DNA from: Octopus sinensis
Lineage: Eukaryota
DNA: 64,000 nucleotides
Assembly: GCF_006345805.1 (NCBI RefSeq)
Contig: NC_042998.1
Coordinates: forward strand, 151,342,001-151,406,000
Direction: 5' to 3'
The position numbers and the translations under genes are program-made. Positions 28,477 through 42,018 of this stretch are shown piece by piece. Under the pieces are notes generated by a model. It saw nothing but the letters and a program-made list of their open reading frames with translations, did not search any database and had not been told where the DNA came from. Each line of letters opens with the position of its first letter. Positions within the stretch are counted from its first letter, which is position 1.

Positions 28477-28904
28477 TAGATAGATAGATATAGAACGATA
28501 CATAGAAATATTGATGCACACACGCCCATTATACATACCCTCACACGCCGATGTCATATATAGTGTATATGAAAGCATACACACACACACACGCATATAT
28601 ATTCAAGCAGCCCTTTTGTGTCTAGTTCCAGTCTCCCACTCTTCCTTCTCTCCCCTATATACTCATTAAAAGAACCCTTTCTCCCTTCTATACGTCACCT
28701 ATATTTATGCTTCTTTATATTTTATTTTATGTTTATCTTTTTCTTTGTCTCGCATTCCCCTTTTGACGATCCGCTAAGATTCTCACCCTGCAAATTCACT
28801 CATGTACGGAAGAGCTACCTATTGACACCAGTGACACTGTATACCACCTATTGGCACTGTATAGCGAGAGTAACTAAAATTCACTACCTGACGTAACCAT
28901 CATC

Positions 28905-28949
28905 AATAGAATACATAATCATCATCATCATCACCATCATCATCATCTG

Positions 28950-29023
<74 letters not shown>

Positions 29024-30493
29024 TCATCATCATCATCGTCATTGTCATCATCATTGTCATCATCATTTATCGTCATCGTTGTCGTCGTCGTCGTCCTCCT
29101 CATCATCATTATCACCATCATCGTCGTCATTATCGTCAGCCATTCTCAACCGTCACTGTCACAACCAATCACTGTCAAAACCACCACCACTACCGTCACC
29201 ACCACCAATATCACAACCACCACTACAAACACCATCACCTCTACCTTCATCACTATCAATACTACCACTACCAATATCATCAGCAACCATTATGAGACCA
29301 CCACCACCGCCACCAGCGGCAACAGAATTATTACTATTACACCAACACCATAGCCACTACCCCCAGTTACCGTTTATCCTCCCAACCACCGCTACCACGT
29401 CCATTACCACCACCGCCACAACCACCGCCACCATCATCATCATCATCAACATACACCTACCGCCACCTATTCCTCTCATCAACCCTTCACTAACCTCCAC
29501 CATCTTCACCACCTACACCACTACCGCCGTCACAAGAACTACAACAGCAACAGCCGGAGCCGGAAGCTAGGAATTAGCAGTAATAACGTCTGGTTTCACA
29601 ATGTCAACATAGACGGAAAGGGTGTCACTGAGGACAATGTGGGTGCGTGGTGGTCGTGGTGGTCGTCGCAGGGATGGTGGTTGTGGTCGCGGTGGGGGGA
29701 GGACGGTGCTCGTCGCTGTGATGGTGGTGGTTCTTATGTTGGGAAGAGCAGTGGTGGAGAAGGTGGTGCAAGGGGTAGTTAGGCTGGAAGTAAAGTATGT
29801 CGCCAATTTTGGTAGTGATGTTGTTGTTGGTGGTAGCATGGTCGCCATGGTGATTTGGTACCAGGGGTAGTTTGAATGAGCTTCGGGATGGGTGTAACTA
29901 TGACGCCGTCGATAGTTGTATGAAGTTGGGTATCGGTAGATATAAATGAGTTGGGGGAATGATGGTAGTGGTGGTTGTGGCGGTGGCGATAGTGTTCTCA
30001 GTAGTGATGGCCATGGTGATATGGTGCCAATAGCAGTTGGCTAAGATAACTCTGACGCCGTTTATGTTCGAGTAGTAGTGGTGGTGGTGGTGACACCAGA
30101 GGTAGTTTTGATAGTGATAACTTGTGGTGACGCTAACCATAGCACTTGTTTTGGTGATGATGGTAGCGACATCTACTGTGCTGCTGCTGATGATATTTCT
30201 GCTAGTAATAGCAACTTTTTGTTGCTGTTGTTATTGTTAGTAGTGGTAGTGGTGGTGATGGTGGCCTGTCTAGCTGTCTGTTTATCTGTCTGTCTCTCTC
30301 TGTCTCTCTCTCTCCTTCTCACTATTACCCTTTCAGTCAATCTAATTAATACCACAAAAAGAAAAAAGAAACAAAAATCCGACCTCTTCACTTTATCTGA
30401 TCCTCACTCAGTGGTTGTAGTAATGGTGCCGTTTGCAGCAGCAGCGGTAGAGGCAGCAGCAGCAGCACAGCAGCAGCAGCAGTAGTAGTAGTA

Positions 30494-30543
<50 letters not shown>

Positions 30544-30650
30544 GGTGGTGGTGGTGGTGGTGGTGGTGGTGGTGGTGATGGTGGTGATGGTAGTAGGAGG
30601 AGGAGCAGCAGCATGAAGAAGCGAGAGGAGCAAGAACAGGAATTGCGCTG
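28905..30650. repeat. Degenerate trinucleotide low-complexity region (CAT/CAC/TAC, then GTG/GAT/TAG)
   Basis: Directly visible. Confidence 0.9.
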
Positions 30651-31540
30651 ATGATGTGACTGTCATGGTGGTAGCAGTGTAGGTGATGGTGATATTGTAG
30701 TGACGTTCATCCTTCAATTGATGCATCGTCAAAATCATGAAAACATGGTTGTTGGTTTCGATTCTTTACGTACTAAGTTCAAACCTCACCCAAAGTCATC
30801 TTTGTCATCCATCCCCCACCTAGGGTTAGATTTCACAGTACTAGCCAAAAACTAGCCTCTCCCCAGTCTAATGGCTTTGGATTTCAGAAATGCTATTTAC
30901 TCTCCAAGTCGGGTTTAGTTGTGTAAACTTAGAGTCAAAGACAGTCGATATGTGAACATCCCATCTGTTTAAACATTTCTCTCAGACTAATGTGTCCTTC
31001 TTTTCATTTAAAATACAGTAAACTGTGATTTCTAGCTAGACAAGCCATCACATATCTATATGGCTGAAATGCTGGAGGTGACAATGTTATTATTCAGTGC
31101 TACCATGTGCATGGGTGAGGGATAGTCATTGCTTTGCCATTGCTAGAAGCGCGAAGATAACAAAATGGTTCTTTACCGGTGTTCGAATATCGCTTATTTT
31201 GTAAGAATTAAATCCATCAACTATTGTCGTAGATAATAAATATTCCGAATTTCTTCAGCAAACACACTGAATTCCTTTAGCAAAGAAAAACTTACAGCCT
31301 TGTTGCTACTCCGGAATGCTTCCTTGGTCTGATGGTTGTACTGCAAACAAAGATTTTCCTCTCTGGCCAATATTCTTGCTCAACATTATTTCCACGCATC
31401 AAATGAAAAAGAACGTGGTGGTGAAGAGAGACGAGTTTTTCTCCAGTACATTTATAGGAAGGTTGGTGAGTTTGACGAATTTGATGTTAGTGATTGGACT
31501 TTTTCTCAATATGTAATCCACAGATCACAACAGAAAAAAG

Positions 31541-32454
31541 TATTGGGTTGGCAACAAAGTTCCCGCCGTTTTTTTTTTAATTTTGGAATTTATTGCGTTT
31601 TTAAATTTTGGAATCTATTTTTTTTTCTAGTTAATTTTAGTTAATATTTGTTTATTTTCAGATCATTAAAATGGAATGTCAAGTTAAGAAAAACGAGCAT
31701 TTTCGACACCTCCTTTTTGCTTTTAATCAAGGTTCTAAGGCCGCAAAGCTGCTCTCGACAGTTGTACTGTGTATGGATAGGGTGCCATAGCTAAAAGAAC
31801 CGCTCGTGATTGGTATACCAAGTTCAAAAATGGAAATTTTGACTTCAAAGCCGCACCTCGTTCTGGCCGTCCAGTTGAGTTCGATGAAGAGCGATTAAAC
31901 CAGCTTTTGAACGAAAATTCTCGTCAAACGACAAGGGAACTAACTGGAAGAGAAAATGGAATGCTCCCACACTGCTTTGGTGTGGGAGCATTCCCGCACT
32001 ATATCTTCACTGGATGGGAAAGGTGACAACAACAAAAATCAACGAGCCACAATCTCCGCTGGTTTGCTTGCACGTCACCGCTCAACTCATGGACACAAGC
32101 AACTATTTCTTTACCGAATCGTTACTAGCGACGAAAAATGGTGCCTGTGCAACAATATAAAACTGTGTAAGGAATGGCTTAGCCTCGGTAAACAAGCGAC
32201 ACGGCGCGTGAAACAAGATTTTAATCTGCATAAAACAATGTTGTGCGTATGGTGGGACTGGGAAGGGATTATCTATTACGAATTGCTTGAACGGAACCAA
32301 ACGGTCAACGCGGAACTCTATGTTCAGCAGATGGAACGACTCAACACGGCTATTCAAGAGAAAAGAGCTAATTGTCAGCTTGGAGTTCTTCTGCTGCACG
32401 ACAACGCCCGCCTTCATATCGCCAATATGACCAAGGAAGCCATTCAAATGCATG
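31541..32454 (+). mobile_element. Mariner (mellifera-like), 3'-truncated
   Basis: Left TIR TATTGGGTTGGCAACAAAG; MECQVKKNEHFRHLL, RIVTSDEKWCL, MLCVWWDWEGIIYYELL, LLHDNARLH. Confidence 0.92.
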
Positions 32455-32840
32455 TAGCAGTTTCAATTAAAAAGGAAATTGAGGGTGGAGAAGAAAGTTG
32501 CGAAAATGGCAAGAGTGGATGATACCTTCCTGAGTGTAGACCTGTGAATCGGAGAAAGGCAATTGCATGGGGTACTTGCTATTCGCGTTCAGGGAGATCT
32601 CAGACTGTGAGGTTCCTCGATTATCCCTAGAGGTTATCCTATATCAGGAGAGCTACATCTCCATCATCCCCCAACTCTTATTTTTTAAAAAAAACTTTGT
32701 ATACTATGTATATTTCCCTTCCTTTTCATTGTATACCGTGTATACTTACCACCCCTTTATTTTTTGTCATTTCATTATATGTAGATCCCCATACTTTGTC
32801 TCTGTCTTTGTATTGTCCTCCCCCATCCGGCAAATGAAAA
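32455..32840 (+). mobile_element. 3' end of a second Tx1-like LINE subfamily
   Basis: FQLKRKLRVEKKVAKMARVDDTFLSVDL* aligns with YHLKRKVRVERQV...RMNDEATLSIIL* of the 9.6-14.4 kb LINE; ends AATGAAAA then (CAT)n. Confidence 0.75.
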
Positions 32841-33294
32841 CATCATCATCATCAATCATCATCATCATCATCACCATCGTTTATCGTTCTGGTTTCTGCT
32901 AATGGAACACTTTTATCAATCTATTTACAGGTTCTAGCTTTCTTGTTCTTAGGGATGATACCTGGTCTTTTGAAATGTCCGGTCACTGCTAACAGAAATT
33001 CCCAGATTATAGTTACATTATTTCTTTCCATTACTAGCTCTGATTGGTGTTTATACCTGTTGAGGGCTGTTACTATTTTGAAATAGTTACATAGCTCCCA
33101 TTGCATCTATGGACCTACATTGTCATGGCGATTCTTATAGTTAATTATATTTATATACATATATAAACATTGAATATATCGAGAAATTAAACACGCACGC
33201 ACACATGCATACACACGCACACACACACACACCACACACACACACACACACCACACACACACACACACACACACTAACACACCACACACACACC

Positions 33295-33351
<57 letters not shown>

Positions 33352-33462
33352 ATCAGCACACTATTGACATATACTTATTAGTATATTACACATACACACA
33401 CACATATTATTTCAGATGGAAGCAGTATTAATTCGAAAATCAAAAGGCAATCTTTATATCCG

Positions 33463-33592
33463 ACTTAACGTGGATGTCTTGTGAGAACGACGATTACTAC
33501 TAAGATATAAGTTCATGCTTTTATGCACCATGCGTGTATATGCGAGGACCCCCGTAGCATTTGGCGTTCTAATATATACATCCACGTTAAGT
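33463..33592. mobile_element. Possible 130-bp MITE
   Basis: Perfect 15-bp inverted repeat ACTTAACGTGGATGT (33463-33477) / ACATCCACGTTAAGT (33578-33592); no TSD established. Confidence 0.45.
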
Positions 33593-33802
33593 TGCATGTA
33601 GTGGTATATATATATAAATATAAATATAATATAAATATAAATATAAATATATATATATATTATATATATATAAGTTCGAATATCTTGAGCACGAGGAATT
33701 GCATTCCAGACAGAGAATATCTGTCTCTGATCTATAAACTATAGATATAAATATGCGAATGTATGTATATATGTCTCTCTCTCTCTCTATATATATATGT
33801 AA

Positions 33803-33902
<100 letters not shown>

Positions 33903-33956
33903 ACGATCCGAGTCCCTATCTGGGTAGAACCTGATTAGCTCTCCTACATTTTTTGT

Positions 33957-34124
33957 AGGCGCAGGAATGGGTGCGTGGTAAGTAACGTGCTTACCAGCCA
34001 CATGGTTCCGGGTTCAGTCCTACTGCGTGGCACCTTGGCAAGTGTCTTCTATTATAGTTTCGGGCCGACCAAAGCCTTGTGAGTCTATTTGGTAGACGGA
34101 AAGTGAAAGAAGCCCGTCGTATAT

Positions 34125-34164
<40 letters not shown>

Positions 34165-34338
34165 CTGTGTTTGTGTGTGTATCTGTGTTTACGTCCCAGT
34201 AAATTAGCGGTTTGGCAAAAGGGACCGATAAAATAAGTACTAGACTTACATAGAATAAGTCCTGGTGTCGATTTGTTCGACTAAAGGCGGTGCTCCATTA
34301 TGGCCGCAGTCACATGACAAAAGAATAAAAGAATAAAA
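33957..34338 (+). mobile_element. SINE family A, full length
   Basis: Similarity to 6997-7399. Confidence 0.9.
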
Positions 34339-34397
34339 GCATATACATTCATGCACACACACATATACACGTGTGTGTTATACATTCAAGTTATTTC

Positions 34398-34437
<40 letters not shown>

Positions 34438-34868
34438 CAGGAAATATTCCACTCCAAAAATCATTTTCACCAAAATTATTGGATTTGAGAATCAGGAAAT
34501 ACGCTCAACGATCCTTAAGTGTTTAAAATACCGGAAGCAACAAATAAATAACAAAAACAACCAATGAAATAAAGACAATAACAGAATCGTAAAAACCGAG
34601 GAAAGACGTGCCTAACTAAAGTATAAATTAAACTAAGAAAACAATAAATTAAAACCAACTAATGAAGTAAGCGACCCCAGAACAGGCGCTCGTAAAAACC
34701 AATCTAACAAAAAGAACACCAGAGACAAACTGCAGGCTTGAAAGACAGAGGAGAAGCGGTGCTCAATGAGGGATATACGGAATATACCGGCCAATAATAG
34801 CTATCACCTGACGATCTCGGTGGCGTGAAACACGAGCAGCGAGAACGGAATTGAGTTTATATATATAC

Positions 34869-34911
<43 letters not shown>

Positions 34912-35014
34912 TATGCATACATGTATATATGTGAGCACGTTTCTATCAACTGTGTCATCCATTTACCAATTTATATCTGTATTGTATATATGTGTATATA
35001 TACATATATTATAC

Positions 35015-35079
<65 letters not shown>

Positions 35080-35113
35080 TATATATATATATATATGCTA
35101 TATATAATATATA

Positions 35114-35153
<40 letters not shown>

Positions 35154-35260
35154 TATATATATATATAATATATATATATCATGCATACATAATACGTACA
35201 TACATATATACAATCATGCATACATACATACATACATACATACATGCATACATACATACA

Positions 35261-35291
<31 letters not shown>

Positions 35292-35916
35292 GAGAAAGAG
35301 GTTACAATTTTGCATAATTCTCTGGAGAATTTTCAATTTTGCTTCTCTGTCTCCCTAGTCTTTCTTCCCCTCTTTCTCTGTTTCTCTTAACCTCTTCCCC
35401 CCTTTCTCTCGCTTTCTCTTTAACCTTCATTTCCGCCATTTCTGTCTTTTTTCCTGTTTTTTTTTTACCGTTTTTTTCGTTCATAATTCTTTGCATTATT
35501 TCCTTCTCCCTCTCCCTCTTTCTTCTTATAACCATATATATATATTCTTTATTATTATTTCCTTTCTCTTTTCCTTTCCTTTCCTTTCCACTCCCCTTCA
35601 CTCCCACTTTTACTTCACTTTCTCCATTTTAATCCATTTTTCTGCCTCATTTCTTTCTTTATTCTTTTTTGTTCTGCCCTCTCCTCATCCCGTATCCCAT
35701 TTCCACCTCAATTTGTTTTTTGTTCTATGTTCTTTTATATTTTTGTCTATCTTGGTTTTTTTACTTTCCGTTTCCTTGTCTTATCTACCTCACTTTTTCC
35801 CTCATCAACCAGCTTTTCTCCAGTGTGTCTCTCTCTTTCTATTTCTTCGCTTTATTATTCTCCCTCTCTCTCTCTTTCTCTCTCTCTCTATCTATCTATC
35901 TATCTGCCTGCCTGTT

Positions 35917-35976
<60 letters not shown>

Positions 35977-36082
35977 TTCCCTATCTATCTGCTTGTCTGT
36001 TTCCATCTCTCTGTCTTTCTCTGCCCCTTTCTGCTTGTCTGTCTGCCTCTCTCTCTCTCCCTCCCTCTATCTATCTGCCTGT

Positions 36083-36136
<54 letters not shown>

Positions 36137-36137
<1 letters not shown>

Positions 36138-37994
36138 AGTATGACAAGGCGCAAAAGTGTGCCGTGCCGGGTCGGAGCATCCATGACAACCTCCATCTGA
36201 TGCGCAACATAATAGACTGGGTATTTAAGGAACCTGGCATGGGTGGGGCGCTGATCAATTTGGATCAATCGAAAGCTTTCGATAGGGTAGACCATCGATA
36301 CTTGGAGGCTGTCTTCAGAGCGGCTGGTTTCGGTCCCGTCTTCTGTGGGTGGATAGCTGCTTTGTACAGAGGTATCCGTTCGGTAATTCGCGTAAATAGA
36401 CATCTATCGAGACCTTTCGACATTGCACGTTCGGTCCGTCAGGGATGCCCCCTCTCGTCGCTTCTATACGTATTGACTCTCGAGCAACTACTACGGAGGC
36501 TGGCGACTCTGAGGGGCATCCCGCGAGAATTGGGATGCGGGACGAGCGTGTCTGCATACGCGGACGACGTCACCGTCATAGTGTCTAGCCAGGAGCAGAT
36601 CGAGCTGGTCGGGAGACACTGAAAGACTACGAAGCGGTGACAGGAACCGAAAATCAACCGGGAAAAGTCACTGGGCTTGCGGCTCGGCACCTGGAGAAGC
36701 AAGCCCATGCCGCCCACCAGCGCCTCCGTCGTGGGACGCAGGACCGACGGTTTGGTCGAGTTGCTCGGGGTCTGCTTTGGTCCGGACCTCCATATGGAGA
36801 AGAACTGCAACGAGATAACGTGTAGGGTGGTTACTCTCACCCAGCAATGGGCCGAGAGGAAACTGTCCCTAAAAGGACGGGACATCTCCGGCTCTACGTA
36901 GACGACGGTGAACAGGTGTGGTCGCCGTTTGTGAGGCACGCTTTCCCGCAACTCGTCTCCATGACCGAACTACATTCGTGGATCAAAAAGAGGCCGAGGA
37001 AGGGCGAATGGCACCGCGAGTGTCGCGTCGACGAGGAATACCTGACCCGCCTGTTCAGGACGACTTTCGGGCCGGTACCTATGGACAACTTCCAGAGATC
37101 CCTGGCCCGGCAGTGCTACCGAGAAGTGCTACCCGTTCGGGATAAGCTCTACAGACACAGCTCGAGAAACATGGGGCCGACCTGCCCGAGATACGGTCAG
37201 AGCGACGAAACCGTTGTGCATGCACTCGTGCAGTGTCCACCCATTTCCGACCTGTGGGCTTATGTCGAACGACTGCTGTCACGTGTGGGACGAGTCGGTT
37301 TATCAGCCGAGTCTATCGTCAATATTGTCACGCCTCCTTCCTTCAAACGGGAAAGAAGAGCTATTTTCATCATACTTATGGCTATGGCGAAAGACTGTAT
37401 CTGGTGGACGCGTCTGAAAGGATTAGAGACAAACACTTTCCTCTCTGGCCAATCTCTCATCAACTTCTTCAAGTATCACTTGAAAAGGAAAGTGCGAGTA
37501 GAGAGGCAAGTTTTGTTTAGCGAATACTTAAAAAAAGATGTGTGAATGTAGCAAGGATGGTACGTATGAATGATGAAGCCAACTTGAGCATAATCCTATG
37601 AACCCGGAAAAATTTAGAACAGAGAGTTACTTACTTGCAAATAAATGTGTTAACATGTGACATTATTGACCGAGGTTACCATGGTCTTTTCCGTAGGCTT
37701 TTCTTTCCACGGATAAACCTCATCTGTTTCCCCCTTTACACTTTATATCATGACATTTCTGTGATACATGATCCCTATTGAACGATTTTTTCTTTTTCCT
37801 TTTTCCTTTTTTTTTTCCTTCCTTTTTTCTTTTTCTGTCTTTCCTCTTTCTCTTTCCTTTTTCTTTCCTTTTTTACGATCCCTTTTGATCGAAAACCTAC
37901 CCCCATTTTTTTTTCTCTTTTCCCCTCAAAAGAAAACCTCTACCTTGTAATGTGTTCCGTCTGTGTGCAGCCCTGTGTGGCTAATAAAGAAACA
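36137..37994 (+). mobile_element. Tx1/L1-clade LINE, 5'-truncated copy of the 9660-14366 family
   Basis: Colinear with 12360-14366; YADD at 36557-36568; AATAAA at 37983; flanked by (CT)n-CTATCT and (TATC)n. Confidence 0.95.
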
Positions 37995-37996
37995 TA

Positions 37997-38034
<38 letters not shown>

Positions 38035-38252
38035 CTATCTATCTATCGATCTATCTATATCTAATGGCTTGTCTATCCGTCTGTCTCTCAGTCAGTCTGT
38101 CTCGTCCGTCCGTATGGCTGTCTGTCTATATATCTATCTATTTGTCTGTCTGTCTGTCTGTTTATCTAACCGTCTGTCTGTCTGTCTGTCCGTGTGTCCG
38201 TGTGTCCGCCCATGTGTTTGTCGATTTATCTATCTATCTATCTATCTATCTA

Positions 38253-38302
<50 letters not shown>

Positions 38303-38473
38303 CTTGTCTATTTCCATCTCTCTCTCTGCCACTTTCTGCCTGTCTGTCTCTCTGACTGTTTTTATTAGGGCGGCTATTCTCTGGCTTCATAGTTTTCATA
38401 TATTGGGACTAAGCTCTACAAGATCGACAAAAGCAAAACAATGACAATAATAATGCTAAGAACATAAACATTC

Positions 38474-38845
38474 TGAAATTTTGAGGGAAAGGTTGAGTCG
38501 ATTGCATCGATCCCAGTTCTCTACTGGTATTTATTTTATCGACTTCGAAAGGATAACAGGTAAAGTCGACCTCGGCTGAAGTTGAACTCAGAACGTAAGG
38601 GAAGACTAAATACCTATTTCTTTATTACCCACAAGGGGCTAAACACAGAGGGGACAAACATGGACAGACATAGGTATTAAGTCGATTTCATCGACCCCAG
38701 TGCATAACTGGTACTTAATTTATCGACCCCGAAAGGATGAAAGGCAAAGTCAACCTCGGCGGAATTTGAACTCAGAACGTAACGGCAGACGAAATACCGC
38801 TCAGCATTTCGCCCGGCGCGCTAACGTTTCTGCCAGCTCCAGCCA
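38474..38845 (-). mobile_element. SINE family B, one partial and one near-complete copy in tandem
   Basis: Reverse complement of GAGCTGGCAGAAACGTTAGC...GAGTTCAAATTCCGCCGAGGT-GACTTTGCCTTTCATCCTTTCGGGGTCGATAAA; the central block recalls the Meta-SINE domain (from memory, unverified). Confidence 0.85.
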
Positions 38846-39001
38846 CTAAATACCGTTGAGTATTTTTGTCCGGCATGCAAATGTTTCTGCCGGCTCGCCG
38901 CCTTAAATAATAAAAACAGCATAATAATGAAAATATTATTAGAAATGTCTTTATCATCACTGAAACGAACATGTATAATGTATACATATGTATGAGTACA
39001 C

Positions 39002-39069
<68 letters not shown>

Positions 39070-39285
39070 ACACACACATACACACACATATTGATACATA
39101 TACTTACATATATATGTGTGAATAAAGAAATATATATATGTATATAATTAATTAAAATCTTAGAGGAGCAAGAATATTCATAGAAAGATCCTTAGTTACC
39201 AGTGGTCTAGTAAGAAAGAAAAAATAGTCAATAGACTATATATTATTCAAAGAAGAATACAGTGTACGTTCAAACACAAAAGAGA

Positions 39286-39780
39286 TACTCGAAGAATAGG
39301 ATATCTGACTCGCTAGAAAGAGCAGTTAAAACTCCAAGCCACCAATTATTGTAATTCCGAAAGTGATTGGAAAATAAAAACTTTTACCTTAATCCTAGAC
39401 CCTGCAAGGTTTCTGCAGACTTAAAATACAGACTGAAATAAAATAATTTCAGCCTATATCTGGTGCTGCTTCTTCAGTAGGTTGCCAGGACTGAACACAT
39501 AGGCACGGAGCGATAAATAACCCGCCACATGTCTATAGGTTCTAATTTATTTATCGCTCCGTGCCTATGTGTTCAGTCCTAGCAACCTACTGAAGAAGCA
39601 GCGCCAGATATAGGCTGAAATCATTTTATTTCAGTCTGTATTTTAAGTCTGCAGAAACCTTGCAGTGTCTAGGATTAAGGTAAAAGTTTTTATTTTCCAA
39701 TCACTTTCGGAATTACAATAATTGGTGGCTTGGAGTTTTAACTACTCTTTCTAGCGAGTCAGATATCCTATTCTTCGGGT

Positions 39781-39781
<1 letters not shown>
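39286..39781. repeat. Long inverted repeat, 235-bp arms and 26-nt spacer
   Basis: 39286-39520 vs 39547-39781, 6 mismatches counted by eye. Confidence 0.97.
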
Positions 39782-39816
<35 letters not shown>

Positions 39817-39892
39817 TTATATGTGTGTGTGTGTGTATATATATATGTATATATATAAATATGTATTAAATTTGTATGTGTGTGTGTATATA

Positions 39893-39970
39893 GAGAGAAT
39901 TCACGAAATAAACAAAAGACCAAGACAGGTGGTGTAGAAAACAAACAGATCTATTAGTATAACTCTCATG
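39893..39970 (-). mobile_element. Penelope-like terminal fragment (48425 family), hammerhead part missing
   Basis: GAGAATTCAC..AAAAGAC.AAGACAGGTGGTGTAGA.AACAAACA is the reverse complement of 48490-48555. Confidence 0.7.
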
Positions 39971-40013
39971 AATATTATATATATATATATATAATATATT
40001 ATATTATATATTA

Positions 40014-40044
<31 letters not shown>

Positions 40045-40114
40045 ATATAATATATATATATACATAAATATGTATGCGTATATATATATGTAATGGTATA
40101 TGTATATATATATA

Positions 40115-40164
40115 ACAAAACTGTCCGACGAACGGGACGTGAAACTTCGAGTAACAGCTTTTGT
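40115..40164 (+). ncRNA. Type I hammerhead fold (core CCGACGA, GUA site)
   Basis: acaaaactgt CCGACGA acg-gga-cgt GAAA ct-tcg-ag TA acag(c)ttttgt. Confidence 0.65.
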
Positions 40165-40200
40165 TGAATTCTGTGCTTTTAAATAAAGAATATATATATA

Positions 40201-40238
<38 letters not shown>

Positions 40239-40244
40239 GATATA

Positions 40245-40280
<36 letters not shown>

Positions 40281-40288
40281 GTATGTAG

Positions 40289-40339
<51 letters not shown>

Positions 40340-40382
40340 GTATGTACGTATGCCCATCTTACATTTCTTTTGTCGTAACTAA

Positions 40383-40582
40383 AGGTGTTGAGCTGACAGA
40401 ATCGTTATCAAGTCGGACAAATTACCTTTCGTCAGTCTTTGCATTCTGAGTTCAAATTCTGCCGGAGTCAACTTTGCCTTTCATTCTTTCGGGGTCGATA
40501 AAATAAGTACCAGTTGAACAGTGAGGTTGATGTAACCGACTTATCCCCGCCCACGAAATTGCTGGCCTTGTGCCAAAATTTT
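40383..40582 (+). mobile_element. SINE family B
   Basis: Similarity to 57698-57910. Confidence 0.85.
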
Positions 40583-41985
40583 AAGTCAGTATTGTCGTAA
40601 TTTATCAGTGAAACGTTCTTGTTGCTTGACCTTCCGCGGAATTTGCCGCTGGAGTGTGAACCTTCGTATATGGAATCATCTCGTTGCTTTATTAGTGCAC
40701 ACAAAAGAACACAACTAGTTAGTCATGCTTTGTTTACCCTTAGGGTTTGCAGCATTTGCTGCTGCTATGTTAGTCAACTTGAGTGATGGAGCAGTTTCCT
40801 ACATTTTATGAAGTAATTTGCTTTATGACACATTCCATAGTCATGTTTACCCATGATGTCTGGCAAGTGTAGCGATGCCTAGAGATATCAAGGTAAATAT
40901 TATGTAGCAAGCAGAGAGAGGAAAAAAAAAAGTCCTGGCGTTGCTGTATCATTGAAAGAAAAGGTCCTTCCTGAGCTATAGGCTCATAAGGCTAGTTTCT
41001 CTGATTCTCTGGCGTATATACTCGTGAAAAGAAGTATTTTGATCAAGAATACGTTATACCAACCGGTGAGAATTGAAACCATATTCTTGCTGTCGTCAGT
41101 ACAATACCTCAACCATTAAGCCTCTAAGCCTCCACGGGACTTGTATTACGGACTTTTATTTCTAAATTTGATGCACAAGCATTAGAATCATGAAAAATAT
41201 GGAGTAAATGTTATGTTGTGTTTAGGTGAGTGATATGTCACAGTGTAGTCTCACTCTCTGAAGCCATTATACAGCAAAAGGCATTCAGTTTATTTATTTG
41301 GTGCAAGAACCTAAAGAAATCTCCCAAACGCCTGTTTCTTCTCACTGACACTTTAAAAAGTTCAAGAAACAACAACAAAACAACTGCGCCAGCGGCATCA
41401 GCAACAACAACGACAAAAAAAAAATGACAACAGCAACTGCAGCAGTAATAGAAAGTAGTATTTATTGTGAAATCTAGTATTTGGGTGGCGATGACGGGAT
41501 TAATAGTAAGGCGGCTCTGTTAGCGTTGCTAAAACTATTCTAGACACGAACTCAATACTTCGGGCTTACAAAACAATCTTTAGTTTCATAGTGCTTCCTC
41601 TACCTCCAGTGGTGGCCCATTCTGATCAGTTTTTTTATGTTTTTGTAGCGGCTACCGTTGATGTACAAAGAAAAGTTGACCACGCGGTACTTTAACTCGC
41701 GTATAGAAAAGAAAAAAAAAACAATACTCCACAAAACATTACTACTGGTGAAAGGATTACAACAGTCGGTGTCTGGAGCTGATAAAGACACGTAACAGCA
41801 ACAGCAGCACCTGTTGTAATTACTATAGCAACGATAGCAATAAGGAGCAATTATATAAACAGCATAAACAACATAAATAACAGTAACAACAACATTGGGA
41901 GCAGTAGTGGCAACAACAAAAATGCCAATGACCAGAGCTAAGAACGACAATAGCAACATCACAATTAAAATAAAAATCAATACGT

Positions 41986-42018
<33 letters not shown>

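Noticed and set aside
29567-29848. Mucin-like Thr/Pro ORF
   Set aside because: Arises from the degenerate CAC/ACC tract.
31298-31540. Protein-like frames and splice-like sites upstream of the mariner
   Set aside because: No recognisable domain; frames are interrupted, and candidate splice sites occur on both strands.
34805-34842. CTGACGA...GAAA-CACGAG-CA motif
   Set aside because: Stem II does not pair and U16.1 is missing; at best a heavily decayed hammerhead.
41600-41800. Possible exon near LYINGSRY
   Set aside because: Weak acceptor and no domain context.
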